A model generated the notes under the pieces. The model did no database searches and was not told where the DNA came from. It saw only the letters and a program-made list of their open reading frames with translations. From contig JBHLOI010000002.1 in assembly GCA_048940645.1 (NCBI GenBank), positions 57,927 through 121,926 on the forward strand: 64,000 bases of DNA, in the 5' to 3' direction. Shown here one piece after another: positions 10,039 to 20,197 of the stretch. The stretch's first letter is position 1. Each line of letters opens with the position of its first letter. The translations under genes were made by a program, and so were the position numbers. This stretch comes from Promethearchaeota archaeon (GTDB taxonomy: Archaea > Asgardarchaeota > Lokiarchaeia > Sigyniarchaeales > SOKP01).

Positions 10039-11553
10039 ATGGATGAATCAATAGCTAAATTAAAAGAATTAACCAATGACTTGATCAATACAAAATCTTT
10101 TTTTTTTGAAAAACTTAATAAAATAAATTCATCCATTCATATTTTCACTCATTTAGATGCTGATGGATTAGCTTCGGGTGCAATATTAGGGAGAGCTTTA
10201 TACAGAGAGAAAATTCCATTTCAAATTTCAATTCTTAAGCAATTAGAACGAGAGGAAATATTAAAAATTAAAGAATTGTCTCAAGAATATAACTACTTTT
10301 TTATATTTTCTGATTTTGGAAGTGGTCAGTACTTAGAATTGATTAATAAATTGAAATCTGATGATGGATTAAAGTCCTTTATTATCCTTGACCACCATAT
10401 TCCCCAAAATGTATCTGATAAAGAGGATAATTCTATTTTTAATATATATAATGAAACCAAGCCTTGGCATATTAATCCTTATTTCTATGATATTGATGGA
10501 AGCACTGAAATTTCTGGAGCAGGATTGTGTTATTATTTTGCTAAAGTTTTAAATGAAAAAAATGTAAATCTTTCCCCTATTGCTCTAATTGGAGCAACAG
10601 GAGATATGCAATATCAAGAACCTAAAAAGTCGTTTATAGGGCTTAATAAACTTATCTTAAATGAAGCAATGCAATTAGATATTATTGAAATGGTAAATGA
10701 TTTAAATTTTTCACCGATTAAACCATTAAACGAGGCAATTGCTTATTCTAGTGACATTAACTTACCAGGTTTAACTGGAGATCCCAATAAAGTCTTAATT
10801 TTTCTACAGAAGTTAGGTATTTTAATGGAAAACACAAATGGGAATATAAAAGCTCTAGCTGATCTGAATCAAAGTGATAAACAAAAAATTACTTCAGCAA
10901 TTATTCGATATATTTCATTTAAATTAGACCTAGATCCTAATGAGATATTAGATAAATTAATTATTAATCGTTATATTTTGAAGAATGAAATTAAGGCATC
11001 AGAACTTCATGATTTGAATGGATTTTCTAATTTATTGAATTCATGTGGAAGAACTGATGTTGGGGGACTAGGAATTGTTGTTGCAATGGGAGATAGAGGA
11101 AAGGCTTTTCAAAAAGCCCTAGAAAATTTAATGATTTATAAAAAATCTATTGTTAAAGCTTTAACTTGGATACACGAAAAGAGGAAAATTCAACATAAAG
11201 ACTATATACAATATTTTTTTGGAGAAGACATTATACCTGAAAAAATTATTGGTACCATTAGCTCAATGTTAATTTTTGAAAAGAGTGATTTATTGGATAC
11301 CTCAAAACCAATATTTGGTTTTGCTAAGAGAGAAGAGGGAAATATGTATAAAGTTTCAGCTAGAGCTGATAAAAAACTCGTGAATGAAGGACTAAATTTA
11401 TCAGAAGTGATAAGAGAAGCTTTAGAATTAACAAATCTAGAGACTTTAGGAGGGGGTCATCCACCTGCTGCTGGTACCAAAATACCAATAGATCGTGTAA
11501 ATGATTTTTTAGAAAATTGTAATAAGACTGTTGAAAAGCAACTTTCTAAATGA
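10039..11553 (+). CDS. DHH/DHHA1 phosphoesterase, archaeal RecJ/Cdc45-like exonuclease
   Basis: HLDADG, SDFGSG, LDHH, SGAG, KVSAR, GGGHPPAAG. Confidence 0.85.
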   Translation: MDESIAKLKELTNDLINTKSFFFEKLNKINSSIHIFTHLDADGLASGAILGRALYREKIPFQISILKQLEREEILKIKELSQEYNYFFIFSDFGSGQYLELINKLKSDDGLKSFIILDHHIPQNVSDKEDNSIFNIYNETKPWHINPYFYDIDGSTEISGAGLCYYFAKVLNEKNVNLSPIALIGATGDMQYQEPKKSFIGLNKLILNEAMQLDIIEMVNDLNFSPIKPLNEAIAYSSDINLPGLTGDPNKVLIFLQKLGILMENTNGNIKALADLNQSDKQKITSAIIRYISFKLDLDPNEILDKLIINRYILKNEIKASELHDLNGFSNLLNSCGRTDVGGLGIVVAMGDRGKAFQKALENLMIYKKSIVKALTWIHEKRKIQHKDYIQYFFGEDIIPEKIIGTISSMLIFEKSDLLDTSKPIFGFAKREEGNMYKVSARADKKLVNEGLNLSEVIREALELTNLETLGGGHPPAAGTKIPIDRVNDFLENCNKTVEKQLSK

Positions 11554-11569
11554 ATTCTAATTGAACATT

Positions 11570-12874
11570 CTAAATACTGTAAATTTCTCCAGTTTCAGGA
11601 GCAACAGAATTATAACCTTCATTGGCGAGACCTCGCGCAAATGAAGTAGTTGCCTTATCATCACCATGAATACAAAACACATACTTCGAATTGTCAAGAA
11701 AATTTAGATTATGGATATATTTCAATAAGTGTTTTCGATCAGCATGACTAGAAAAATCATAATAATCAATCTGACAATTTGCTTTTTTAACTATTTTTCT
11801 GTTTGGATTTTTACTCTTATTATTTAGTTGATATTCAAAAATCTTCTCGTCTAATAGTTTTCTTCCAGGTGTTCCCTCAACTTGATATCCAACTAGATAT
11901 ATTGCAGAATTGGGATCATCTAATAGTAATTTAATATAATCAACTGCAGCTCCACCTCTTAGCATCCCAGATGGAGAAATTATAATTGAATTAGATTTCT
12001 GTGCAATTTTTTTTCGATTTTTCTCAGAAACAAACTCGGTTTTTTTCAATGATTTCTTATAGTAACTGAAGTCTCGAAAAAATGATGGATAATCGAAGTA
12101 AGCTACCCCTACCTTTCTAGCTAATCCATCCATATAAATTTGGTTTTTTAAATTATATTTATTTAGAATTAATAAGACTTCTTGAGAACGTGCGACTCCG
12201 AAGGCTGGGATAAGGACTCTACCATCATTTTCATTTACATCTATTACATGTTCTACAAAAATTCGCTCTAATTCTTTCCTTGAAGGATGATCTCTAAGAG
12301 CATAGGTTGATTCTATAATTAATGCATCAATATTTGGAATTATTGAAGTTTCTGCAGGATTTATTAAATTAGTTTCAATTAAATTAATATCTCCAGTATA
12401 AAGAAGTTTCTTTTTATCAACTTCAATTAAAATTGATACACTACCGGGGATATGCCCTGCATTATAAAAAGTGATATAAAAATCTTCATCAATTTTTTTT
12501 CGATTCTCATTTTCTAAAAATTGAGCATTTTTTCTTAACTTTTCTATTTCTCTATATCCAAAGGGGTAATGATAATTTGAAACTTTTATCATGTCTTTTA
12601 AAAGAATTTCGGTAATTCTCAATGTTAATGGATTAGTAAAGAAGGGCACATTAAAATTTTTAAAAAGGTAAGGTAAACCTCCAGAATGATCTATATGACA
12701 ATGACTTAATGCAATTGCTTTAAGATTGCTTAAATCTGTATCATATGGTAATCGATTATCTTCACTGAATCTTACTCCATAATCTAGAATACATTTTGTA
12801 CCTTTATTGGATTCAATTAAGACTGCTGAACGCCCTACTTCTCTGCAACCACCTAGAAACGAAATTTTTGTCAT
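11570..12874 (-). CDS. metallo-beta-lactamase/beta-CASP ribonuclease (aCPSF2-like, no KH domains)
   Basis: LGGCREVGRS, HCHIDHSG, AGHIPGS, YTGD, ESTY, GYQVEGTPGR, FSSHAD, IHGD. Confidence 0.9.
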   Translation of the reverse strand: MTKISFLGGCREVGRSAVLIESNKGTKCILDYGVRFSEDNRLPYDTDLSNLKAIALSHCHIDHSGGLPYLFKNFNVPFFTNPLTLRITEILLKDMIKVSNYHYPFGYREIEKLRKNAQFLENENRKKIDEDFYITFYNAGHIPGSVSILIEVDKKKLLYTGDINLIETNLINPAETSIIPNIDALIIESTYALRDHPSRKELERIFVEHVIDVNENDGRVLIPAFGVARSQEVLLILNKYNLKNQIYMDGLARKVGVAYFDYPSFFRDFSYYKKSLKKTEFVSEKNRKKIAQKSNSIIISPSGMLRGGAAVDYIKLLLDDPNSAIYLVGYQVEGTPGRKLLDEKIFEYQLNNKSKNPNRKIVKKANCQIDYYDFSSHADRKHLLKYIHNLNFLDNSKYVFCIHGDDKATTSFARGLANEGYNSVAPETGEIYSI

Positions 12875-12994
12875 GAAAGATTAATCTCTATAAAATATGA
12901 AAAATATCAAAAAACTTTTTACATATTTAAAACAATCAAGAAATATCAAGTTTTTTATTGATATATTTTAAATTTTTCTGAAGATGATATTTTT

Positions 12995-13858
12995 ATGAAA
13001 TTTGAGGGAAATGCAGAAATCGGCATTATAGGAGGAACAGGCGCAGATATTGCGTTAGAAGATGCTGAAGAATTAAAAATTTATACTCCTTACGGAAATA
13101 CTTCTGAATTTATTAATGTGGGTTATTTTAAAGGTAAAAAAGTAGCATTTTTACCTCGCCATGGAAAGGGTCATACGATACCACCTCATAAACTAAATTT
13201 CAGAGCAAATATATGGGCTATGAAAGAGTTGGGAGTAAAATACATTATTTCTCCTTCAGCAGTGGGATCCTTAAAGAGAGAATTGGATAAGGGACACTTT
13301 TTATTAGTAGATCAGTATATAGATAGAACAAAGAAACGCTTAGATACTTTTTATGAGGGAGGTCAAGTATGCCACATTGGACAAGCCGAACCTTTCTGTG
13401 AATATTTAAATAATCTTTTTTTTGAAAGTGGTACGGAAATTGAAAGTTTAAATATTTTAAATGGAGGTACATATGTGTGTATTGAAGGGCCCCGCTTTTC
13501 TACAAGAGCAGAATCTAAAACATTTCGCCAATGGAATGCCGACATAATAGGTATGACAGTTTATCCTGAAGTGGTACTTGCAGCAGAAAAGGAAATATGT
13601 TATTGCACTATAGCTATGATTACCGATTATGACGTTTGGGCAGCTTATTGTAAAAATTGTGGTATTGTAGAATATGGAGAAAGATGTGAAAATTGTGGCG
13701 GATCCTTGGAGAAACTAGCCGTAAGCATCGAAGAAATTCTCGATACCGTTAGAAGAAACGAAGGAAATCTTAAAAAATTGTTAGAAATAGTCATTCCTAA
13801 AATAGATACTCAACGAGATTGTGGATGCCATCATACTCTTACAGGAGCAGTTATTTAA
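12995..13858 (+). CDS. mtnP: S-methyl-5'-thioadenosine phosphorylase
   Basis: GIIGGTG, TPYG, PRHGKGH, NFRANIWA, IEGPRFSTRAES, IGMT, TDYD. Confidence 0.92.
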   Translation: MKFEGNAEIGIIGGTGADIALEDAEELKIYTPYGNTSEFINVGYFKGKKVAFLPRHGKGHTIPPHKLNFRANIWAMKELGVKYIISPSAVGSLKRELDKGHFLLVDQYIDRTKKRLDTFYEGGQVCHIGQAEPFCEYLNNLFFESGTEIESLNILNGGTYVCIEGPRFSTRAESKTFRQWNADIIGMTVYPEVVLAAEKEICYCTIAMITDYDVWAAYCKNCGIVEYGERCENCGGSLEKLAVSIEEILDTVRRNEGNLKKLLEIVIPKIDTQRDCGCHHTLTGAVI

Positions 13859-13918
13859 TAAAACTTGAAAGTTTTAATTAATTTTTTTTATTTTTAATAT
13901 AAAATAGTTTGAAGTTTT

Positions 13919-14917
13919 ATGAAAAAAAATAAGGTTTTAGTCCTTGGATCCTTAGCCTTTGATTACATTATGGGTTTTAAAGAAAAATTTGTTAATGCTG
14001 TGTCAATTAATCAAAAAAAAGAAGAATACCAAAGCACAATTACAGCAGATAGTCGACAACTACATTTTGGAGGGACTGCTGGCAACATTGCTTATAATCT
14101 CGGCTTATTAAATGTTGTAAGTGTTCTTTTAGTGGGTTCAGTGGGAAAAGATTTTGAAAGTTTAGGATATAAGGGTCATATACAACGCTTTAGAAATATT
14201 GAACTGTCAATTGATGAATATGATGATCTTTTCACTGCTGCTTGTTATATAGTCAATGATATTAAATCGAATCAAATGATTATATTTCATGGTGGTGCCC
14301 TAGATAAAGGTAAGAATATAAATTTAGAAGATAAGATCAAGAATCCAAAAGAGTTTGCCTATGCGATTAATTCAACACAAAGTATCGAAGCTATGAGTAA
14401 TTTTGCTGAGCAACTAAATAATTTAAAGATCCCAACAATTTTTGATCCTGGGCAAGTTACGCCACTTTTTCCAAAAGAATTATTAATCAATATAATTAAA
14501 AAGTCTGAAATTTTAATTGGCAATTCTTATGAAATAGAACAAATAAAAAGGAGAACTGGATTTACAGAAAAAAAATTAATTGAATCTGTCAAGGCAATTA
14601 TAACCACTAAGGGCTCAGATGGTTCAGAATTAATTTATAAAGATGATAAGAATAAGATTTATAAAATAAATATTCCTATAGCAATTCCAGAAAAAATAGA
14701 AGATGCTACTGGAGCAGGAGATGGGTATCGAGCAGGAATATTAACAGGGTTAATCTTAAATATGACAATTTTAGATTCTTGCAGATTAGGTTCTATAGTG
14801 GGATCATTTGTAATTGAAAGTAGCGGAGCACAGAGCCAATATTTCAATATAAACCAAATTAGAAAAAGATTTTTCAATACTTATGGATACATTCCTCCTG
14901 AATTAGAAAAAATATAA
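13919..14917 (+). CDS. PfkB-family nucleoside/adenosine kinase
   Basis: GSLAFD, GGTAGNIAY, FDPGQ, DATGAGDGYRAG. Confidence 0.88.
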   Translation: MKKNKVLVLGSLAFDYIMGFKEKFVNAVSINQKKEEYQSTITADSRQLHFGGTAGNIAYNLGLLNVVSVLLVGSVGKDFESLGYKGHIQRFRNIELSIDEYDDLFTAACYIVNDIKSNQMIIFHGGALDKGKNINLEDKIKNPKEFAYAINSTQSIEAMSNFAEQLNNLKIPTIFDPGQVTPLFPKELLINIIKKSEILIGNSYEIEQIKRRTGFTEKKLIESVKAIITTKGSDGSELIYKDDKNKIYKINIPIAIPEKIEDATGAGDGYRAGILTGLILNMTILDSCRLGSIVGSFVIESSGAQSQYFNINQIRKRFFNTYGYIPPELEKI

Positions 14918-14941
14918 AGTTTAGTTTTTGACAACTTGTAC

Positions 14942-16378
14942 CTAATCATGTAATATTGGTTTTCTAGCAGCAAGGACAGCATCTAAACGCCCTATAGAGG
15001 TATTATGTGGAGAAGTTTTTACCAATTCAGGGTCCTCATGAGCTTCTTCATATATTTTATACATTATATCCACAAAATTATCGAGGGATTTTTTAGATTC
15101 TGTTTCTGTAGGTTCAATCATAATTGCTCCATTCACTATTAATGGAAAGTAAATAGTTGGAGCATAAATTCCATAATCTAAAATTCTTTTAGCAATATCT
15201 TCAGTTATTACTTCATTTGGTAAACCTTTATCCGATAACACAAACTCATGTTGACAAATTCTGTTGTAAGGAAGATCATATTTTTTTTGTAGTAAAACTC
15301 GTAGATAGTTTGCATTTAGGACTGAAATTTGACCTACTTGTTCTAAACCTTCACTTCCTAATGCTAAAATATAAGTATATGCGCGTATAATAACTCCAAA
15401 ATTACCCCAAAATGCTTTTATCCTTCCTATTGATTTTTCATTATTACTTTTACATATAATTCCTTCACTAGTTTTTATAATACAAGGTTTAGGTAAAAAA
15501 GGAATAAGATTATTTACTACTCCAACTGGTCCTGATCCAGGTCCACCTCCTCCATGAGGGGTAGAAAAGGTTTTATGCAGATTTAAGTGGACTATATCGA
15601 ATCCCATATCTTTAGGTCGACAGATTCCTAACATTGGATTTAGGTTTGCTCCATCATAGTAACAGATGCCACCATTCTCATGTACAATTCGTGTTATTTC
15701 TGTTATTTGACGATCGAAAACTCCTAATGTATTTGGATTGGTTAACATGATCCCTGCTACATCTTTTTCTTTCATTGCATATTCTAATTGATCTAATGGA
15801 ACTTCACCATTTTTATCAGATTGTAATTCAATAATCGAAAATCCAGCCATTTTTGCAGAAGCAGGATTAGTGCCATGAGCAGAATCCGGTACTATTATCT
15901 TACTTTTCTTAACTTTTCTGCTCTTAAAATATTTTTTCATTATTAATAAGCCTGTTAGTTCACCATGGGCACCAGCAGCAGGTTGTAGGGTAAATGCCTC
16001 CATACCGGTTATTTCTCCTAACATTTTCGAAGTCTTATAGATTACTTCCATCGCCCCTTGATTTTCTTCCTGAAGTGGATGGATTTGAGAAAAACCAGAT
16101 AAGCGTGCAGTTATTTCATTTATTTTTGGATTATATTTCATAGTACAAGAGCCCAATGGATAAATTCCATTATCTACACCGTAATTTTTTTGACTTAAAT
16201 TAATATAATGTCTTACAATTTCTATTTCAGGGTTATCTGGAATATCTAATTGGGCTCTCTGGTAATTTGGTGGAATAATTTCATCAATATCAATACGTTC
16301 AATATCCATTTTAGGTATGAAATTTTTATGTGCCTTTCCATTTCCTTTTTCAAAAATTAATAATTCTTTCGAAGCCAT
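14942..16378 (-). CDS. gcvPB: glycine dehydrogenase (decarboxylating) subunit 2
   Basis: YPLGSCTMKYNP, QPAAGAHGE, HGTNPASA, LNLHKTFSTPHGGGGPG. Confidence 0.96.
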   Translation of the reverse strand: MASKELLIFEKGNGKAHKNFIPKMDIERIDIDEIIPPNYQRAQLDIPDNPEIEIVRHYINLSQKNYGVDNGIYPLGSCTMKYNPKINEITARLSGFSQIHPLQEENQGAMEVIYKTSKMLGEITGMEAFTLQPAAGAHGELTGLLIMKKYFKSRKVKKSKIIVPDSAHGTNPASAKMAGFSIIELQSDKNGEVPLDQLEYAMKEKDVAGIMLTNPNTLGVFDRQITEITRIVHENGGICYYDGANLNPMLGICRPKDMGFDIVHLNLHKTFSTPHGGGGPGSGPVGVVNNLIPFLPKPCIIKTSEGIICKSNNEKSIGRIKAFWGNFGVIIRAYTYILALGSEGLEQVGQISVLNANYLRVLLQKKYDLPYNRICQHEFVLSDKGLPNEVITEDIAKRILDYGIYAPTIYFPLIVNGAIMIEPTETESKKSLDNFVDIMYKIYEEAHEDPELVKTSPHNTSIGRLDAVLAARKPILHD

Positions 16379-16393
16379 TTTTTGTTTACTCTC

Positions 16394-17731
16394 CTAATAA
16401 TTTTCTACAGCCTTTTTTGCTGCATCAATAAATTTTTCCATCGATTTTTGGCTATTACATTCAGTAACACACACTAAAGCAACATTATCTAATTCTGGAT
16501 AATATTTTGACAACTTTAGAGGAGGGAGTAAATCTTTCTTTTTACATTCATTAATTAGTGCTTCAATATTTGGGCATTTCAACATGAATTCATTATATGT
16601 TGGTTTTTTATTTAAAATTTCATAACCAGGTATTTTTATTAGTTCTCTTTTTAGATAATGCGTTTTTTGAAAATTCTGGGCGGCTATTTCTTTTAAACCA
16701 GTTTTACCTAATGATAATAAATATATTAGGGCTGCTAAGGAACAGAGAGCCTGATTTGTACAAATATTCGAGCTTGCTTTTTCTCTTCTAATATGCTGTT
16801 CACGTGCCTGAAGGGTTAAAATAAATCCAGTTTTTTCTCCATATAGCTCCTTTGTTTTTCCAATCAACCGCCCAGGCATCTTCCGCAAAAATTTTTGTTT
16901 AGCCGTAAAAATTCCTAACCCTGGGCCTCCAAAAGAAGGGGAAATGCCAAATGGTTGACCTTCTGCTACATATATATCAATATCTAATTCCCCAGGGGTT
17001 TTTAATATACCTAGGCAAGTGGGATCTGTCATAACTTGGATAATTAAACACTTTTGTGATCCTTCTCGTACAGTTCTAACCATATCTTCTATATTTTCAA
17101 TGTCTCCAAAAAAATTTGGACTTTGAAATAAAACTGCCGCAATATCTTCTGTAATTTCATTCTTTAATTGGTTTTCTTTAATAATTTTATGATCAATTTC
17201 TTGTCCCCAACAATAAGTTTCAACAACCTCAATATATTCTGGATGGATTCCTTCTAATAAGATAACCTTACTTTTACTGGTAATGATTGTAGCCATTATT
17301 GCTGCTTCTGCTAAAGCTGTTGAACCATCATACATACTTGCATTTGCAATATCCATCTGAGTTAATTTAGAAATTATTGTTTGATATTCAAAAATTGCTT
17401 GTAAATAACCTTGACTTGCTTCTGCTTGATAAGGTGTGTAAGAACTATAGAATTCTGGACGACTAATTATAAAATCAACTATAGATGGTACATAATGGTA
17501 ATAGCAACCTGCCCCTAAAAAACTATAAGAATATACTTTATTTTGATGGGAAAGATTATTTAAATATCTTAATAAATCCGGTTCTGATAATCCAGTAGAT
17601 AAATCTAATTTCTTAATTTTTATATTGTTCGGTATATCTTGAAATAAATCATCTATAGAATTTACACCAATAGTTTTAAGCATCTCTTCAATTATTTTCT
17701 CATTATGAGGTATAAAGTCCAATTTTAACAA
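16394..17731 (-). CDS. gcvPA: glycine dehydrogenase (decarboxylating) subunit 1
   Basis: FLGAG, YTPYQAEASQG, NASMYDG, REQHIRREKASSNICTNQAL. Confidence 0.96.
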   Translation of the reverse strand: MLKLDFIPHNEKIIEEMLKTIGVNSIDDLFQDIPNNIKIKKLDLSTGLSEPDLLRYLNNLSHQNKVYSYSFLGAGCYYHYVPSIVDFIISRPEFYSSYTPYQAEASQGYLQAIFEYQTIISKLTQMDIANASMYDGSTALAEAAIMATIITSKSKVILLEGIHPEYIEVVETYCWGQEIDHKIIKENQLKNEITEDIAAVLFQSPNFFGDIENIEDMVRTVREGSQKCLIIQVMTDPTCLGILKTPGELDIDIYVAEGQPFGISPSFGGPGLGIFTAKQKFLRKMPGRLIGKTKELYGEKTGFILTLQAREQHIRREKASSNICTNQALCSLAALIYLLSLGKTGLKEIAAQNFQKTHYLKRELIKIPGYEILNKKPTYNEFMLKCPNIEALINECKKKDLLPPLKLSKYYPELDNVALVCVTECNSQKSMEKFIDAAKKAVENY

Positions 17732-17776
17732 CTCATGGAATTTAATTAAAAAAATTAATAAAAATATTATTAGAAT

Positions 17777-18172
17777 CTAATTCTCTTCGTTTTGCACTAA
17801 TTCTTTATATTTATTAACAGTAAGAAGACTATTGACCTCATCATAGTTAGAAAACTTCACTTCTAAAATCCATCCCTCCTCAAATGGCGAGGAATTAACG
17901 AGTTCTGGGCTTTCAGTAAGTTTTTCATTTATACTAATAATTTGTCCTGATAAAGGCATAATAATATCTCCAACTGCTTTAACAGATTCTATTTCTCCAA
18001 CACTAGTTTCTTTTTCAACACTAGTGCCAAGATCAGGAAGCTGGATAAAAACAATATCTCCTAACTGATGCTGAGCATAATCAGTTATCCCCACTCTAGC
18101 AATATCCTCTTCAATTCTGACCCACTCATGAGAAGAGGTATATTTTAAATTATCAGGGAACTTATAATCCAT
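17777..18172 (-). CDS. gcvH: glycine cleavage system H protein
   Basis: HEWV, GITDYAQHQLGDIVF, ESVKA lipoyl-lysine motif. Confidence 0.96.
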   Translation of the reverse strand: MDYKFPDNLKYTSSHEWVRIEEDIARVGITDYAQHQLGDIVFIQLPDLGTSVEKETSVGEIESVKAVGDIIMPLSGQIISINEKLTESPELVNSSPFEEGWILEVKFSNYDEVNSLLTVNKYKELVQNEEN

Positions 18173-18206
18173 TTTATTTCACATGTTGTTTAATTTATGA
18201 ATATTT

Positions 18207-19307
18207 CTATACATTCCGATAAAAAGGTATAGGTACAATAATTCCTTTTAGCAATTTTCCTCGAATTTCAATTTCTAATTCTGTTCCGATTTCACTATAC
18301 AGGGATTGCACTAGACCTAAGCCAATAGTTTTATCAAGTGTAGGTGAATACCCCCCAGAAGTAACATACCCAATTTCTTGACCATCTTTAAAAATTTTAT
18401 ATGTGTCTCTAATAATTCCTCTTTCTATTAAATTTAAACCTACGATAATTCTCTCTGTTCCTTTTGATTTTTGATTTAATAGAATTTCTTTCCCAATATA
18501 TTCTATACCTTCTTTAGGTTTTGCGAGCCAATTTAATCCGGCTTCTATTGGAGTTATTGAATCACTAATCTCATGACCATAAAGTGAATAACACGCCTCT
18601 AACCTCAATGAATCTCTTGCACCTAATCCGGCTGGACTTGCTCCAGTATTAATTAAGTCGTTCCAAATTTTTTCAGCATATTTATTCTCAAATGAAATTT
18701 CGAATCCTCTCTCTCCCGTATATCCAGTTCTAGCAATAAAAATAGGTATATTTTTCAGATTACAATGCGCAAAATAAAATCGATTTATTTTTGATAGGTC
18801 TACATCGACTAAAGGTTGGAACAGTTGATCTGCTTTTGGTCCTTGAAATGCTAAACGGCAACGCTTATCTGAGAGATTGGTTATTTTAACATCTTTATTT
18901 CCAATATGATCATTTAACCATTCCAAATCCTTTTCTCTATTACTGGCATTTACTATCATTCTAAATCTTTCGGGGGTCTCCTCATAGTATACTAAATCAT
19001 CAACTACCGTCCCATTCTCATAGCACATTATTGAATATTGTCCTTTAGATGGTTCTAATAGGCTTAAATCATTGATCATTATATATTGAAGAAAAGAAAT
19101 TACGTCCCTTCCCTCAAATAAAAATTCGCCCATATGTGTAATATCAAACACACCGGCATTTGAACGAATAGCCTTATGCTCTTTTATAATGCTCTCATAT
19201 TGTACAGGCATATGAAAACCAGCAAATTCTACCATTTTTGCACCTAATTTAACGTGAATATCATAAAGTGGTGTTTTCTTAACATCTTGAACTTCTTGTT
19301 TCGGCAT
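18207..19307 (-). CDS. gcvT: glycine cleavage system aminomethyltransferase T
   Basis: TPLY, FDITHMG, RTGYTGERGFE, GLGARDSLRLEA. Confidence 0.96.
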   Translation of the reverse strand: MPKQEVQDVKKTPLYDIHVKLGAKMVEFAGFHMPVQYESIIKEHKAIRSNAGVFDITHMGEFLFEGRDVISFLQYIMINDLSLLEPSKGQYSIMCYENGTVVDDLVYYEETPERFRMIVNASNREKDLEWLNDHIGNKDVKITNLSDKRCRLAFQGPKADQLFQPLVDVDLSKINRFYFAHCNLKNIPIFIARTGYTGERGFEISFENKYAEKIWNDLINTGASPAGLGARDSLRLEACYSLYGHEISDSITPIEAGLNWLAKPKEGIEYIGKEILLNQKSKGTERIIVGLNLIERGIIRDTYKIFKDGQEIGYVTSGGYSPTLDKTIGLGLVQSLYSEIGTELEIEIRGKLLKGIIVPIPFYRNV

Positions 19308-19468
19308 ATCTACACCTTTTTATGTGTTGAATTTAATATTGTGAGTATAAAGTACAGAGAATTATTTAAATTTTCAGACTAAATTTTAATTAATTGCTAT
19401 ATGCGGGGAAAAAAATGGGTGTTTTAAGTCTAAAATAATAAGAAAAATAAGGAATTATTTCCAGCAAA

Positions 19469-19996
19469 TTATTCTTCTACAGGTATTTCTATTAATGAAA
19501 GAATATCATAACCCTGTATTTCATCTCTGCCATGCAAACTCCCAGTTAGCTCAATTACAAATGCAATTCCAATAACAGTTCCACCAGTTTTTTCTATTAA
19601 TTTACATGCCGCTTTTGCTGTCCCTCCAGTTGCTAATAAATCATCAAATAATAAAACTTTTTCTCCCTTTTCAATAGCGTCAATATGCATCTCAATTGTG
19701 TCTGTACCATACTCAAGTTCGTATGTCTCACTAAGTGTCTTATAAGGTAATTTTCCTGGCTTTCTAATCAAAACAAATCCTGCACCCAATTGATAAGCAA
19801 TTACGCCACCCCAAACATAACCCCTAGCCTCTATTGCTGCGACTTTATCGATTCCTTTATCCTTATAATGATTTATTATTCGATCGCAAGATTCTTTAAA
19901 AGGGGAATACGCTTTACATAATGTTGTAACATCTTTAAATTGGATACCAGGTTTTGGCCAATCTGGGACGTTTCTTATATATTTCTCCAAATCCAT
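19469..19996 (-). CDS. apt: adenine phosphoribosyltransferase
   Basis: PDWPKPGIQFKD, EARG, RKPGKLP, YELEYG, DDLLATGGT. Confidence 0.95.
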   Translation of the reverse strand: MDLEKYIRNVPDWPKPGIQFKDVTTLCKAYSPFKESCDRIINHYKDKGIDKVAAIEARGYVWGGVIAYQLGAGFVLIRKPGKLPYKTLSETYELEYGTDTIEMHIDAIEKGEKVLLFDDLLATGGTAKAACKLIEKTGGTVIGIAFVIELTGSLHGRDEIQGYDILSLIEIPVEE

Positions 19997-20197
19997 TCAT
20001 ATAAACCTTTTACTTCTATTTACAAATTAAATTTATTTTCAGAATAATTTTAATTTCTATTTATGGTAATTAAAAATTATATTTAATTGAATCGTCAAGA
20101 CTTAATTTTCTCATCAAAATTAAGAATTAGAAAAAATTATATAAAGACAATCTTATAAGAAATATATTAGACAATCAATTTTTAATAATAGATTAAA

